A stretch of DNA of 64,000 bases from Octopus vulgaris (Eukaryota). Location of the stretch: assembly GCA_951406725.2 (NCBI GenBank), contig OX597826.1, positions 54,188,001 through 54,252,000 of the forward strand, written 5' to 3'. Shown in pieces: positions 14,646 to 27,140 of the stretch; positions within the stretch are counted from its first letter, which is position 1, and each line of letters starts with the position of its first letter. A program made the position numbers and the translations under genes. Under the pieces are notes generated by a model. That model was given only the letters and a program-made list of their open reading frames with translations. It was not told the origin of the DNA and did not search any database.

Positions 14646-15354
14646 GCAATGTGATGCCAGTATAGGAGTAAGAGAAATTAATGATATAAGGGCAGGGAAA
14701 ACACAGGATGAGATGACTGGGTGTGACTGACTGGATATTCATCTTGTTTTGGTGACAAGAGGGAAACACACTCACACACGCAAACACACTCACACACATA
14801 CGTACATGTGCATGTACAGAAATATATACATAGAGATAGAGTGTGTGTGTGTGAGAGAGAGAGAGAGAAAGAAAGAGTGAAAGGGACAGAGAGAAAGAGA
14901 GAGAGAGTTAAGGAGAGAGAGAGTGAGAGACATTACAATTTAGTAAGCATGTTCCCTCTCCCCATGTACATAAAACAAAATATACTGACACACATAAACA
15001 GAAAAAGAAAGGGAGAAGGGACAGAATTGCAAGAAGAACAAGAGAAACATTAAAATGTCTGATGTCAGCAAAGTCAGCAGTGAATCAATGATGCCGAATA
15101 GACAGCACCAAAAAGTTTCATACCCAGAAAAACAACTGTTTTATTAGAAATATCTATTTCAGATGTTTGATATATTTGGCAATGTAGGATACAGATTAGT
15201 CACTCAGAAGGTAAAAGAGTTGCGGCCAGTAAGCTGAGTGTCATCAATGAGTTCAGCGATGAATTTAATGTGCATGTAGAAGTTCGTTAGTGAACTGTTC
15301 TTGCCCTTCTGTTGTTTGTTTCAGTCCCCCAAGACATAACCAAGGAGTTTGAGA

Positions 15355-16590
15355 CTGACTGTCCATGAGAACTCCTCTATGCAGATGACCAAGCTCTTTT
15401 AGACAATGTGCATGAGCTGGAGAAGAATTTTCAGGTGTGAAAGCCAAACTTAGAATTAAAGTGAATTTAGCCACCTCCCAAGTTTAATTAAGTAGGAAAG
15501 AAGACCAATATTCTGTAAGCATAAAGAAATGGCCATATTCAATGAACAGAAAAGGTGTAGCTTGAATTTGATATAATGCAGGGTATAGAGGTACAAGAAA
15601 TATATTAGAATAAACCATCAGGCTAACAGGGAAGGTAGATTTCATAAGTAGCAAGTGCAACAGAGCAATTAAATAATAATAATAATAATGAAATTATTGT
15701 ATAGTGCTCAGGTGCACCACAACTTGTCAAAAGTGCATATAATGCATATGCAGTAATGTACAAATGTGAACAGTGTATGAGTCAGATACATGCTTGCATG
15801 TGTATGGAGGGGAGAAAATCAGGTGTAGTGTTGGCGAATCTCAGGAAGCATGGAAGTTTTGAAGGATGCAGTACTCCAACAACTAACAACTAATACCGGT
15901 AGTTTGTTCCATGCTTTAGCAACTCTTAGTGTGAAAAAATGTTTCCGAAAGTTTTGGGAGCTGTGCTGTTTTCTGACTTTGTAAACATGTCCATGGGTGT
16001 TAGACAGTTGGAGTTTGAAAAGGTGCTCAGAGTTATTGTTTGTAAGATGGTTAATAATTTTATGGGTGTCTGCCAAGTCAGCTGCCAGACACCGGAGTTT
16101 CAATGTATCCTTGCCCAGGGGAGTAAATACTATGAACTCTCAAGAAATAGATTTTCTCAAATCCCGAAGAGGTTCTTTAGAAGTAGTTGACAGTTCCAAT
16201 TACTTAAGTGATCTAACTGACAGTGGATTGAGTGCTCTGAAAACAAAGTGCCCGGGTAAGAACAGGTTGGAAAAATTTCAAGGGATTATTACCTTTGCTG
16301 GCAACAAAGGGCATTTCTTCCAAAGTAAAAGGCAGCTTATATGATTCTTGTGTGCAGAGTGCAATGTTGCATGGCAGAGAGATGTGGGCTTTAAATACAG
16401 AGGATTTAGAAAAAAAAACTAGAAGGAATTGAAGCAAATATACTTTATTGGGTGTATAATGTTAGTGTGCATGAATGTTGAAGAATAAATGAACTGTAAG
16501 AAAAATTGGATAAAAGAGAAATCAAGATGTAGCATACAAGAAAGAAAGCTGCTCTGATATAAGGTATGTGATACAAATGGAAGATGCTAG
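15355..16590 (+). mobile_element. Decayed RTE-clade LINE, split by a CR1 insertion
   Basis: ELLYADD at 15369, then after the insert SLEVVDS..YLSD and RVRTGWKNFKGLLPLLATKGISSKVKGSLYDSCVQSAMLHGREMWAL. Confidence 0.8.
15670..16120 (-). mobile_element. 5'-truncated CR1-group LINE 3' end
   Basis: LRCLAADLADTHKII...THGHVYKVRK...RKHFFTLRVAKAWNKLP is the typical CR1-type ORF2 tail; (ATT)n 3' tail. Confidence 0.85.
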
Positions 16591-16860
16591 ATGTATAAGG
16601 AAGTACCAGGCACTGAGAATGGAATCTGCGGTAGAGAGAGCAAAGAATGCCGACCAGGCCTGGCGATTTGAGGCTAATGACCGCGAGATCTCCAACCACT
16701 CCTTATTCCAGCAGCGGACACCATAGATATGGGGGCCTAGGTTGGGTTCCAGATCAGCCTTGACTGTCATCAGCCAGGTTTTTCATTGTCCACCACATCA
16801 CTTTCGCCAACCTATTGGTTGAATGGATCTGACCATTGGTGGAATGGATCTGACCATCTG
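16590..16860 (-). mobile_element. RTE-type LINE C-terminal fragment
   Basis: KTWLMTVKADLE..GP.IYGVRCWNKEW....LASNRQAWSA. Confidence 0.65.
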
Positions 16861-17159
16861 TGCAGGATTGGCAAAACACCAAAAAAAAATGATAAAATGA
16901 ATGTAGTGATGAATGTTGAAATATATCACAACAACAACAGTGGTAATAGTAACAGCAATAGTATTGCCAAATGTCCAGTATTTGTACATGAAACAAATTA
17001 TAGTGGGGGGGGGGGTCTAAAGCCTGGTTAAAAAGTTCAATCAAAGCAGAATCGCATAAACCTGTCACTGCGTTCATTCTGCTCGTGGTTGGAATACCTT
17101 TGATCTGTAGGTCTGCTTTTATCAAGACTGACTTTCACTTCCTCCTCCTCCTCCTTGTT

Positions 17160-17244
17160 CACCAAAACTGGCAGCAATCCCACCACCACCACCACCGCCA
17201 TGAATAACAACACCAATACCAATACCAATACCACCACCACCACC

Positions 17245-17276
<32 letters not shown>

Positions 17277-17436
17277 CAGCAGCAGCAGCAACAACAACAC
17301 CATCATTAATCACTCTCACCACCACCACCACCACCACCACCACCACCACCACCACCACCACGACCACCAACCAACAACAACAACAGCAGCAACAACAACA
17401 GCAACAACAACACCATCATTAATCACTCTCACCACC

Positions 17437-17467
<31 letters not shown>

Positions 17468-18089
17468 GCAGCAGCAGCAGCAACAACAGCAACAACAACA
17501 CCACCACTACCACTACCACCACCACCACCACTACTATACCACCACCACCACCACCGCCACCGCCGCTGCTGTCAACTCTATCAACGTCACTGTCACTGCT
17601 GTCAACACTACCATCAACACCACCACATTCACTGCTGTTACCACCACCACCACCACCACTACCACTACCACCAACACCACCACCACCACCACCTGTTGTT
17701 GTTGTTTACGTCAATGACCTGAACTTCATTCTGCTACCGTTGCAGGTTTGAACGAACAGCTTCTTGCACAAGCTTAACATTTGCTGTTGTTGTTGTCACA
17801 AGGTAAGACAACACAATGCTGCCTGCCACAGGCCATGTCGGTTATCAGACAGTAGACTGACGGAAAGGTGGAAGGCGGGGGTGGGGGTGGGGGAGCAGGA
17901 CAGGTAAGTCTTAGAAGAATTTGCTAGTACTTACCAATGACGATGAGTGCAAAAATAAACATAAACAGCAACACACGAAATGAAATCCTGACAACTGGAA
18001 AAAAAAAAAAAAAAATAAATAAAATAAAAAGAGATAAGAATGAATGAAAAACAAGATAGATTTAGGCAGCACATCTCTCTCTCTCTTTC

Positions 18090-18125
<36 letters not shown>

Positions 18126-18505
18126 ATTACCAAGATCATCAAGTAGCAGAATGAGGTTCGGGTCACTGACGTAAACAAAAACAGGTGGTGGTGGAAGTGG
18201 TGGTGGTGGTGGTGATGGTAGTGATGGTGGTGGTAGTGATGGTGGTGGTGGTACTGGTAGTGGTGGTGGTGGTGGTGGTGGTGATGGAAGTGGTGGTAGT
18301 GGTGGTGGTGGTGGTAGTGGTGGTGGTGGTAGTGGTGATGGTAGTGGAGGTAGTGGTAGTGGTGGTGGTGGTGGTGATGGTGGTAGTGGTGGTGGTGGTG
18401 TGGTGGTGATGTGGTAGTGGTGGTGGTAGTGGTGGTGATGGTGGTAGTGGTGGTGGTGGTGGTGGTAGTGGTGGTGGTGGTGGTGGTGCTGGTGGTAGTA
18501 GTGGT
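17160..18505. repeat. Large inverted repeat: (CCA/CAA)n plus 50-bp unique arm versus its complement plus (TGG)n
   Basis: 17686-17737 accacctgttgttgttgtttacgtcaatgacctgaacttcattctgctac matches the reverse complement of 18144-18192. Confidence 0.85.
17935..17994 (-). CDS. Coding exon, first transmembrane helix (IVRISFRVLLFMFIFALIVIG)
   Basis: Acceptor (t)n ccag|, donor TTG|GTAAGT, 60 nt, phase 1-1; splices in frame to 6439 giving ALIVIG-SYFCHSCP, like the TM1-G-x6-CP pattern of TMEM272-type proteins. Confidence 0.8.
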
Positions 18506-18508
18506 GTT

Positions 18509-19118
18509 GCTGTGACAGCAAGAGCGAGACTTGGCTGGGTGAAGTTCAGAGAATGTGGAGCGTTGTTATGTGGGAAAAGGTTCTCATTGAAGATGAAAGG
18601 AAGGGTCTATAGGAGTTGTATGAGAGCTGCAATGCAGTGCAGTGCTGTATGGGAGTGAGCCATGGTGTCTGAGGGAGAGAGAGTGAGATGGCAATTTTGA
18701 GAGGGATCCGAGAGAGAGCAATGGTGAGAGAAATGTGTAGGGTGAAGCTGTTTGATAAGAGGAGGACTGAGGACTTGATGCGGATGCTGGGGCTGGAGGA
18801 ACCAGTGGAACAGCTGGCAAGGGTGAATGGAGTGCCGTAGTATGGGCATGTGATGATGAAGGATGAGGAGTATGTTCTGAGGAGGGTGCTAGAGTTTGAG
18901 GTGAATGGGCCGCAAAAGCAAGGTAGACTGAAGAAAACGTGGAGGGGACAAGTGAAGGAAGAGATTGGGAGGGTTGGCTTGAGAAGGGAGGATGCCCAAA
19001 ACAGGGCAAGATGGCGAGATGGTGTGAGGGTGGTTGCTATGGCACTGAGGTAGATCTGGTCACTCCTGTTAATGGGTACAAAACCTGGATTTAAAACAAT
19101 GGATGATGATGATGATGA
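18509..19118 (+). mobile_element. 5'-truncated RTE (Expander-like) LINE 3' end
   Basis: AVTARARLGWVKFRECGALLCGKRFSLKMKGRVYRSC..LYGSEPW..YGHVM..GRLKKTWR..DAQNRARWR*, (GAT)n tail. Confidence 0.9.
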
Positions 19119-19133
19119 TAAAGATATATATAT

Positions 19134-19388
19134 GCCGGTGGCATGTGTAAAAGATTTGAGCAAGGTCGTTGCCAGTACCGCCTGACTGGCCCCATGCCGG
19201 TGGCACATAAAAGCACCCACTACACTCTCGGAGTGGTTGGCATTAGGAAGGGCATCCAGTTGTAGAAACTCTGCCAGATCAAGATTTAAGCCTGGTGCAG
19301 CCATCTGGTTCACCAGCCCTCAGTCATTTGTCCAACCCATGCTAGCATGGAAAGCGGACGTTAAACGATGATGATGATGATGATGATA
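19134..19388 (+). mobile_element. Family D repeat with (GAT)n tail
   Basis: ggttggcattaggaagggcatccag ... gcggacgttaaacgatgatgat; further copies near 22600-22835, 24000-24400, 52748-52890. Confidence 0.8.
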
Positions 19389-20542
19389 TATATATATATA
19401 TACTGATTTCAGATTTTGGCACAAGGCCAGCAAATTCAGGGTAGGGAAGGGTTTAAGTTGAGTACATCAGCACCAGTGCTCAACTGGTACTTATTTTATC
19501 AATGTCAACAGGATGAAAGGCAAAGTTGTACCTGACAGAATTTGAACTCAGAACATAAAGACAGATGAAATGCCGCTGAGCATTTTTGTTTGCCGTGCTA
19601 ACGAATCTGCCAGCTTGCTGCCTTTAAGAAAGAGTTAAATATTTAATATTAAAAGGGAGGGAAGGAGAGAGAGGTGGATGTCAAGATGGGAGAGAGAGAG
19701 AGAAAGAGAGAGAAGAATAGAGAATAAACAAATAGAGAAGCATAATGAAAGGACCTCCTTCAGTCGTGAATGACCATTGGATTGCACCTAGAAAATTACC
19801 CTCTAAGGCACAAATCTGGGCAAGGTTGTTTATGGAAGACCAGCAGTCACACATGCATATCAGCCTCTCCTCTCCACATCACAAATGTTGTCCAAAGAGG
19901 CTGATACAGCTTGCCACCAGTGACATCGCAACTCATTTCTACAGCTGAGTGAACTGGAGCAAGAACACCAACACAGTTCAGTCCAGGAATTGAACTCACC
20001 ACCTCATGATTGAAAGCCTAACACTCTAACCACAGAGCCATGCGACTTGACAGAGAGAAGCATAACACTGGCTTCCACTTTTGGCACAAGAGCAGCAATT
20101 TTTTTTGGGGGGGGGGGGTTAAATCAACCCCAATGCTCAACTGGCACTTCTTTTATCAACCCTGTAAAGATGAAAAGCAAGGTCGACTTTGGCAGAATTT
20201 GAACTCAGGACATAAAGACAGATGAAATGTCACTAAGCATTTTGCCCAGTGTACCAGCATTTCTGTCAGCTTATAAAGAAGCATGATATGGTTATATATC
20301 TTATTTTTTATTTGTTTCAGTCATTGGACTGCGGTCATGCTGGAGCAAGGCTTTTAAGGGTTTAAATCAAATCTTTCCCAGTACTTATATTCTTTTGTAA
20401 GTCTGGTGCTTATTCTATTGGACTCTTTTGTTGAACTGCTAAGTTACAGAGATGTAAAAACCACAAACACTGGTTGTCAAGTAATGGGGGTATGTCACAA
20501 ACATAGCCTCAATGACATACACACAGATATACACCCTGCCCA

Positions 20543-20585
<43 letters not shown>

Positions 20586-20637
20586 TGACAGGCATTCACA
20601 CAGTTTCCATTTACAAAAAAGAAATATGTGTACTTAC

Positions 20638-20727
20638 TTTTGAAACATAAATGTCGAAACCTATAGTAGCGACCATAGGGACGGCATGGGGTTTTACACG
20701 GGCAAGCTTGACTATCTTCAGATGGTT
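20638..20727 (-). CDS. Coding exon of TMEM272-like gene (EPSEDSQACPCKTPCRPYGRYYRFRHLCFK)
   Basis: Acceptor aatttcag|, donor AAA|GTAAGT, 90 nt, phase 1-1, open; unique sequence between repeats. Confidence 0.72.
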
Positions 20728-21579
20728 CTGAAATTGCATGATTATATATATATATATATATATATATATGCATGTGTGTGTGTATACATAAGTTTGTATA
20801 TGTATATAAAGAACAAGTAGAAAGACATTTTTCAATGTGTAAATACTGAGAACAGCATATATAGGATAAAATCCTTTGAGTCCATGCTACTTCAAGTTTT
20901 GCAAGGCCCCTAATGGAGCCTGTCACCTCAGGCTGGTGGAATAGCCAAATGCACTTGGCTATTCCACTGGCCTGAGAAGACAGGCTCTGTTAGGGGCCTT
21001 GTGATACTTGAAGTAGTACAGAATCAAAATCAAACTGTTTTCAATAATACATGTAACTCCTAATAAATGTGTGTCGAATGGGAATTCTTTTGTTCATCCA
21101 CTCACTCATGTGTGTGTGTATATATAAAGGTTTGCATGGCACCAGCAGGCCTCAAGAGACACGTTTGTGTCCATAGAACATGATCAATGCTTTATTTTAC
21201 TGAACCCTCATTTGTTATTCCCAACAAGAGAATCCATCATACACACACACACATACGCACATACATGTGAAGGTGTATGGCCTAGTGGTTAGGGTGCTTC
21301 ACTCATGATCAGTAGATCGTGGTTCAATTCCCAGACCAAGCAGTGTGTTTTTTTCCTGAGCAAAATACTTCATTTTATGTTATTCGCATTCAACTTAGTT
21401 GTAAATGGATTACCTTGCAATGGACTAATCTTCTGATCAAAGAGGAATGTTGGCCCGCTTGCCTGATCAGCAGCGTGGCATCATTCGAAGGCTAAAACAA
21501 TGTAAAGTGCATTGTGACTAACTAGGTATGATAACATCTAATAGTCTGGTCAATTACATGATCACGTAATATATATATA

Positions 21580-21615
<36 letters not shown>

Positions 21616-21718
21616 TGTGTGTACATACATACAATTTCACATTTGGAAAATATTTAATTAATATGAATTGGATCAAGGGGTCATACAAAATGTAGAATAA
21701 AACATCAAATACACGTAC

Positions 21719-21779
21719 CTGAACCAGAAGAAAAAGGTGGTGCATTATTGATAAATCCATATATATCATCTGGATATGC
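21719..21779 (-). CDS. Coding exon of TMEM272-like gene (AYPDDIYGFINNAPPFSSGS)
   Basis: Acceptor ttttaaag|, donor CAG|GTACGT, 61 nt, phase 0 to 1, open and compatible with 20638-20727. Confidence 0.65.
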
Positions 21780-22246
21780 CTTTAAAATTGAATAAATTGC
21801 CAATTACTTTAAATTATATATATATACATATATGAGTCTAGGACATTTACCCTACATGGACAATAACTGCCTAAGGCAACGGATAATTTAAAATTTCTTA
21901 ATATATTGGAACAGGGGTAATTAACCAAGTGGGGTAATTGTCCTAGGTGGTAGTTGTCATTGAAGGGCATTGTTGTCAGGGGTTTTTTGTCCTGATACGA
22001 CATATGCATATATCATTATGATTGCTTTACATCTGCTTTCCAAGGTGGCATGGGTTGGATGAGTTGTTCTAGTCTTGGTTAGTTAATATTTGGAGTTACT
22101 GCTGTCTGAAATAGTTTAGAATGAACATTACCCTACTCATATGTTTCAGTTTTGATTTAATTTCTATGGCTGGATACCTTTCCTAACATCAACTCCTTTT
22201 TAGAGGATCCCAGGTGGATTTGTGGTGACACATTGAGTATGTACAT

Positions 22247-22306
<60 letters not shown>

Positions 22307-22885
22307 GGTGATGATGGTGGTGGTGGTGTTGATGCTTGTAGGAAGCTTCTGCTGGTAGTGGTGTAGGTGGTGGTGGTGGAGGTGATAGTGACAGTGGTGG
22401 TGGCAGTGGTGGTGGTGGCAGTGGTGATGGTGGTGGCAGTAGTGGTGGTGGTGGCAGTGGTGATGGTGGTGGCAGTGGTGGTAGTGGCAGTGGTGGTGGT
22501 GGCAAGTGGTAGTGATGGTGGCAGTAGTGGTGATAGTGACAGTGGTGGTGGTAACCATACTCAAGAAGACCCGTACCTCATAGCAGAAGTGTTAAGACCA
22601 ATCCTGCTGGTGATGTAAAGCAATTATGGTGGTGTCACATAAAAGTACTAGTGTGGAGCCACATAAAAGCACCCAATACACTCTGTAAAGTGATTGGCAT
22701 TAGGAAGGGCTTCAGGTAATAGAAACCATGCCAAACCAGGCTGGAGTCTGGTGCAACTCTTCAGCTTGCCAGCTCTGGTCAAATCGTCCAACCCATACCA
22801 GTGTGGATAACAGGCGTTAAATGATGATGATGATATATATATATGTATATACACACACACACACACACACACATATGTATATGTG

Positions 22886-23077
22886 TATATATATTAGAAG
22901 AAATGAGGTAATCAGAAGATCGGATGGTTTGTATTTACAGATATTTATTTATATATTACATTTTTTACATATATATCATATCATATATATATATATATAT
23001 GTAAAAATGTAATATATAAATAAATATCTGTAAGACAAACCATCGTCTTCTGATTACCTCATTTCTTCTAATATATA
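22886..23077. repeat. Foldback inverted repeat, ~90-bp arms around (TA)n
   Basis: attagaagaaatgaggtaatcagaaga...ttttacat versus atgtaaaaa...tcttctgattacctcatttcttctaat. Confidence 0.9.
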
Positions 23078-23102
23078 ATACCTGTACATCATCTCCAAAC
23101 CT

Positions 23103-23150
<48 letters not shown>

Positions 23151-23274
23151 TAATAAATCTTAGGGTAGCAGAAAAAAATTTATAGAAAAATTCTCTGCTA
23201 CCAGTAATATAGCGACAAGGAAAAAATTTAGTCAACAGACTATATATTATTCATAGAAAAATACAGTGTACATT

Positions 23275-23487
<213 letters not shown>

Positions 23488-23619
23488 GTGTGTGTTGATT
23501 CTGTGGTGCGGTTGTGTAAAAACCATGTCAAAACACACTGAGAAGCATGGTGAAGTCTTCAGCCTGCCAGCTCCTATCAAACTGTCCAACCCGTGCCAGC
23601 ATGGAAAGTGGACGTTAAG

Positions 23620-23653
<34 letters not shown>

Positions 23654-24529
23654 AATGATGATGATGATGATTACCGAAAATAAAATAAATTTTCAATGTG
23701 AAATTGGTGTGAAAACATTCTAGAAAATACCCATAAAAGACAAAAAGAAATTTTTCAGCAGGTGGCTACAGAGTACTTTTATGTGACACTGCAAGGGCAC
23801 TTCCTACAGAGAATCAAGCCATGTACCTCAGATACTGACTGCATCTACAGGCAACTTTTTTCTGTCTTCAAGGGGTATGTACCCAATTTTCTAGGCTGTT
23901 TTTACAGCTACCCTACTTCTGAAATTTACTTTATTTTCTGTAAAATGCCAACTCACTTCTAAATTTGTTTATGAAATTGTTCTCCTCTCTGTTTCTGTCA
24001 CACTCTAGCCTTTCATCATCTTACACAAGATCACCTCCTCCAATGCTTCCTCTCCTCTCAAAACTCCTTGTCTTGCAAGTTGTTTGGTGACCCTGCCAGT
24101 GCTGGTGCCATGTAAAAAGCATCCAGTCCACACTATAAAGTGGTTAGCATTTGGAAGGGCATCAAGCTGTAAAAACAATGCCAAAACTGACCTCGCCTGT
24201 GCTAGTGCCAAGTAAAGAGCACTGAGTCCACTTTGCCGAGCGGTTGATGTTAAGAAACGTGTCCAGCTGTATAGACCCTGCCAAAACAGACACAGTAACC
24301 TGGGGTAGTTTTCTACCCTTCTACCTGGCCAGTTCTTGTCAAACTGTCCAACCCATGTCTGCATGGAAGGCAGATGTTAAACGATGATGATGATGATAGT
24401 GATGTTGATGATATTTATATATATATATATATATATATAGTTAATCCAAACATGAAAGCACAAAAAAACACAACAACATGAGGACGTGGAACAAATATAG
24501 TATTATTGGACGCTCAGGAAAGAAGGGGA

Positions 24530-24564
24530 GTTTAACGTTTCGAGCGGAGCTCTTCATCGGAAAC
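24530..24564 (-). ncRNA. Minimal hammerhead-like motif (U4>C) in Penelope-like remnant
   Basis: GTTT-CCGATGA-A-GAGC tcc GCTC-GAAA-CG-TT-AAAC; stems I and II pair, palindromic stem III. Confidence 0.55.
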
Positions 24565-25194
24565 ATAGGAGAAGGAAAGATCCAGAGAAGGGAAGACAGA
24601 TATAAGTAATAATTATAAAGTGTATGGAGATTTGTTCATCCTCAAAATTTAATTTCTGTTATTTTGCAAATTTATACAGCATATTATTGTGACCTACACG
24701 TGTTTCCATGTTTCCAGTGACATTAAAATAAAGTAAGACAGGAAAAAGTTTGAGACAGAAAGCCAGCTTCTCACATTCAAGAATCTATGAAATTTATAGT
24801 TCAAGACACAAGAAACAATAAGATCAATGAAGGAATAAATTTGTAAGGAAAAAAGGGTAAAAGAGAATGCATTTATTTGTGAATCACGTAGTAATACTTA
24901 CAGTGTATTAATGTATTAATCAATGTAGTAATACTTACAAGATCTGTCACAACAAAATACAATGGGAAAATAAATAACAAAAACAAATATAATATAAATA
25001 AAAACACAAAATAGATACTGCATTCCTTGACTTGTTTTTACTTAGTGGTCTCTAGCCATTCTGGAGCACTGTCTAGAAATGTTTTTGGTGGTTATATTGA
25101 CTCATATTTATTTCAACTTGATGCTTACTTTATTAGTCTCTTTAAATAAAATTGCTAAGTTATAGTTTTACCTACAGGGCGATTCAACTTGAGA

Positions 25195-27140
25195 CAGTGG
25201 TTTATGCTTTTTATGTGGTACCATCAGCAGTGCTTTTTATGTGGTACCATCACCAGTGCTTTTCATGTGGTACCATCACCATTGCTTTTTATGTGGTACC
25301 ATCACCATTGCTTTTTATGTGGTACCATCACCATTGCTTTTTGTGGTACCATCACCATTGCTTTTTATGTGGTACCATCACCATTGCTTTTTATGTGGTA
25401 CCATCACCAGTGCTTATTATGTGGCACCATCACCAGTGCTTTTCATGTGGTACCATAACCAGTGCTTTTCATGTGGTACCATCACCAGTGCTTATTATGT
25501 GGCACCATCACCAGTGCTTTTCATGTGGTACCATCACCAGTGCTTTTCATGTGGTACCATCACCAGTGCTTTTCATGTGGTACCATCACCAGTGCTTATT
25601 ATGTGGCACCATCACCAGTGCTTTTTATGTGGTACCATCACCAGTGCTTATTATGTGGTACCATAACCAGTGCTTTTTATGTGGTACCATCAGCAGTGCT
25701 TTTTATGTGGCACCATCACCAGTGCTTTTTATGTGGTACCATCAGCAGTGCTTATTATGTGACACCATCACCAGTGCTTTTCATGTGGTACCATCACCAT
25801 TGCTTTTTATGTGGTACCATCACCATTGCTTTTTATGTGGTACCATCACCAGTGCTTATTATGTGGCACCATCACCAGTGCTTTTCATGTGGTATCATAA
25901 CCAGTGCTTTTCATGTGGTACCATCACCAGTGCTTATTATGTGGCACCATCACCAGTGCTTTTCATGTGGTACCATCACCAGTGCTTTTCATGTGGTACC
26001 ATCACCAGTGCTTTTGATGTGGCACCATCACCAGTGTTTTTCATGTGGTAACATCACCAGTGCTTTTTATGTGGTACCATCACCATTGCTTTTGATGTGG
26101 CACCATCACCAGTGCTTTTTGTGGTACCATCACCATTGCTTTTTATGTGGCACCATCACCAGTGCTTTTTATGTGGTACCATCACTAGTGCTTTTCATGT
26201 GGTACCATCACCAGTGCTTTTTATGTGGTACCATAACCATTGCTTTTTATGTGGTACCATCACCAATGCTTTTTTGTGGCACCATCACCAGTGCTTTTTA
26301 TGTGGTACCATCACCAATGCTTTTGATGTGGTACCATCACCAGTGCTTTTTATGTGGTACCATCACTATTGCTTTTTATGTGGTACCATCACCAATGCTT
26401 TTGATGTGGTACCATCACCAGTGCTTTTTATGTGGTACCATCACCAGTGCTTTTTATGTGGTACCATCACCAGTGCTTATTATGTGGCACCATCACCAGT
26501 GCTTTTTATGTGGTACCATCACCATTGCTTTTTATGTGGTACCATCACCAGTGCTTTTGATGTGGCACCATCACCAGTGTTTTTCATGTGGTAACATCAC
26601 CAGTGCTTTTTATGTGGCACCATCACCAGTGCTTTTATGTGGTACCATCACCAGTGCTTTTTATGTGGTACCATCAGCAGTGCTTTTTATGTGGTACCAT
26701 CACCAGTGCTTTTGATGTGGTACCATAACCAGTGCTTTTTATGTGGTACCATCACCAGTGCTTTTGATGTGGTACCATCACCAGTGCTTTTTATGTGGTA
26801 CCATCACCAGTGCTTTTTATGTGGTACCATCACCAGTGCTTTTATGTGGTACCATCACCAGTGCTTTTCATGTGGTACCATCACCAGTGCTTTTTATGTG
26901 GCACCATCACCAGTGCTTTTTATGTGGTACCATAACCAGTGCTTTTCATGTGGTACCATCACCAGTGCTTTTCATGTGGTACCATAACCAGTGCTTCTCA
27001 TGTGGTACCATCACCAGTGCTTTTTATGTGGTACCATAACCAGTGCTTTTTATGTGGTACCATCACCAGTGCTTTTTATGTGGTACCATCACCAGTGCTT
27101 TTTACATAGCACCAGCACCACTGCTTTTTACATGGTACCA
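25195..27140. repeat. 26-bp minisatellite (atgtggtaccatcaccagtgcttttt), about 75 units
   Basis: Direct reading; the 26-aa periodicity of the ORFs equals three 26-bp units. Confidence 0.97.

Noticed and set aside
17746-17802. Plus-strand 57-nt exon-like segment (cag|...AAG|gtaaga)
   Set aside because: No partner exons or recognisable peptide.
17155-18521. Poly-Pro, His, Thr and Val ORFs
   Set aside because: Trinucleotide repeat translations.
20638-20727. Possible hammerhead fragments (CTGAAGA; GAAAC-stem)
   Set aside because: Incomplete cores; the segment is better explained as a coding exon.
25152-27039. ORFs of 299 and 417 aa; CRISPR-like appearance
   Set aside because: Stop-poor 26-bp tandem unit with no unique spacers and no splice support; eukaryotic context.
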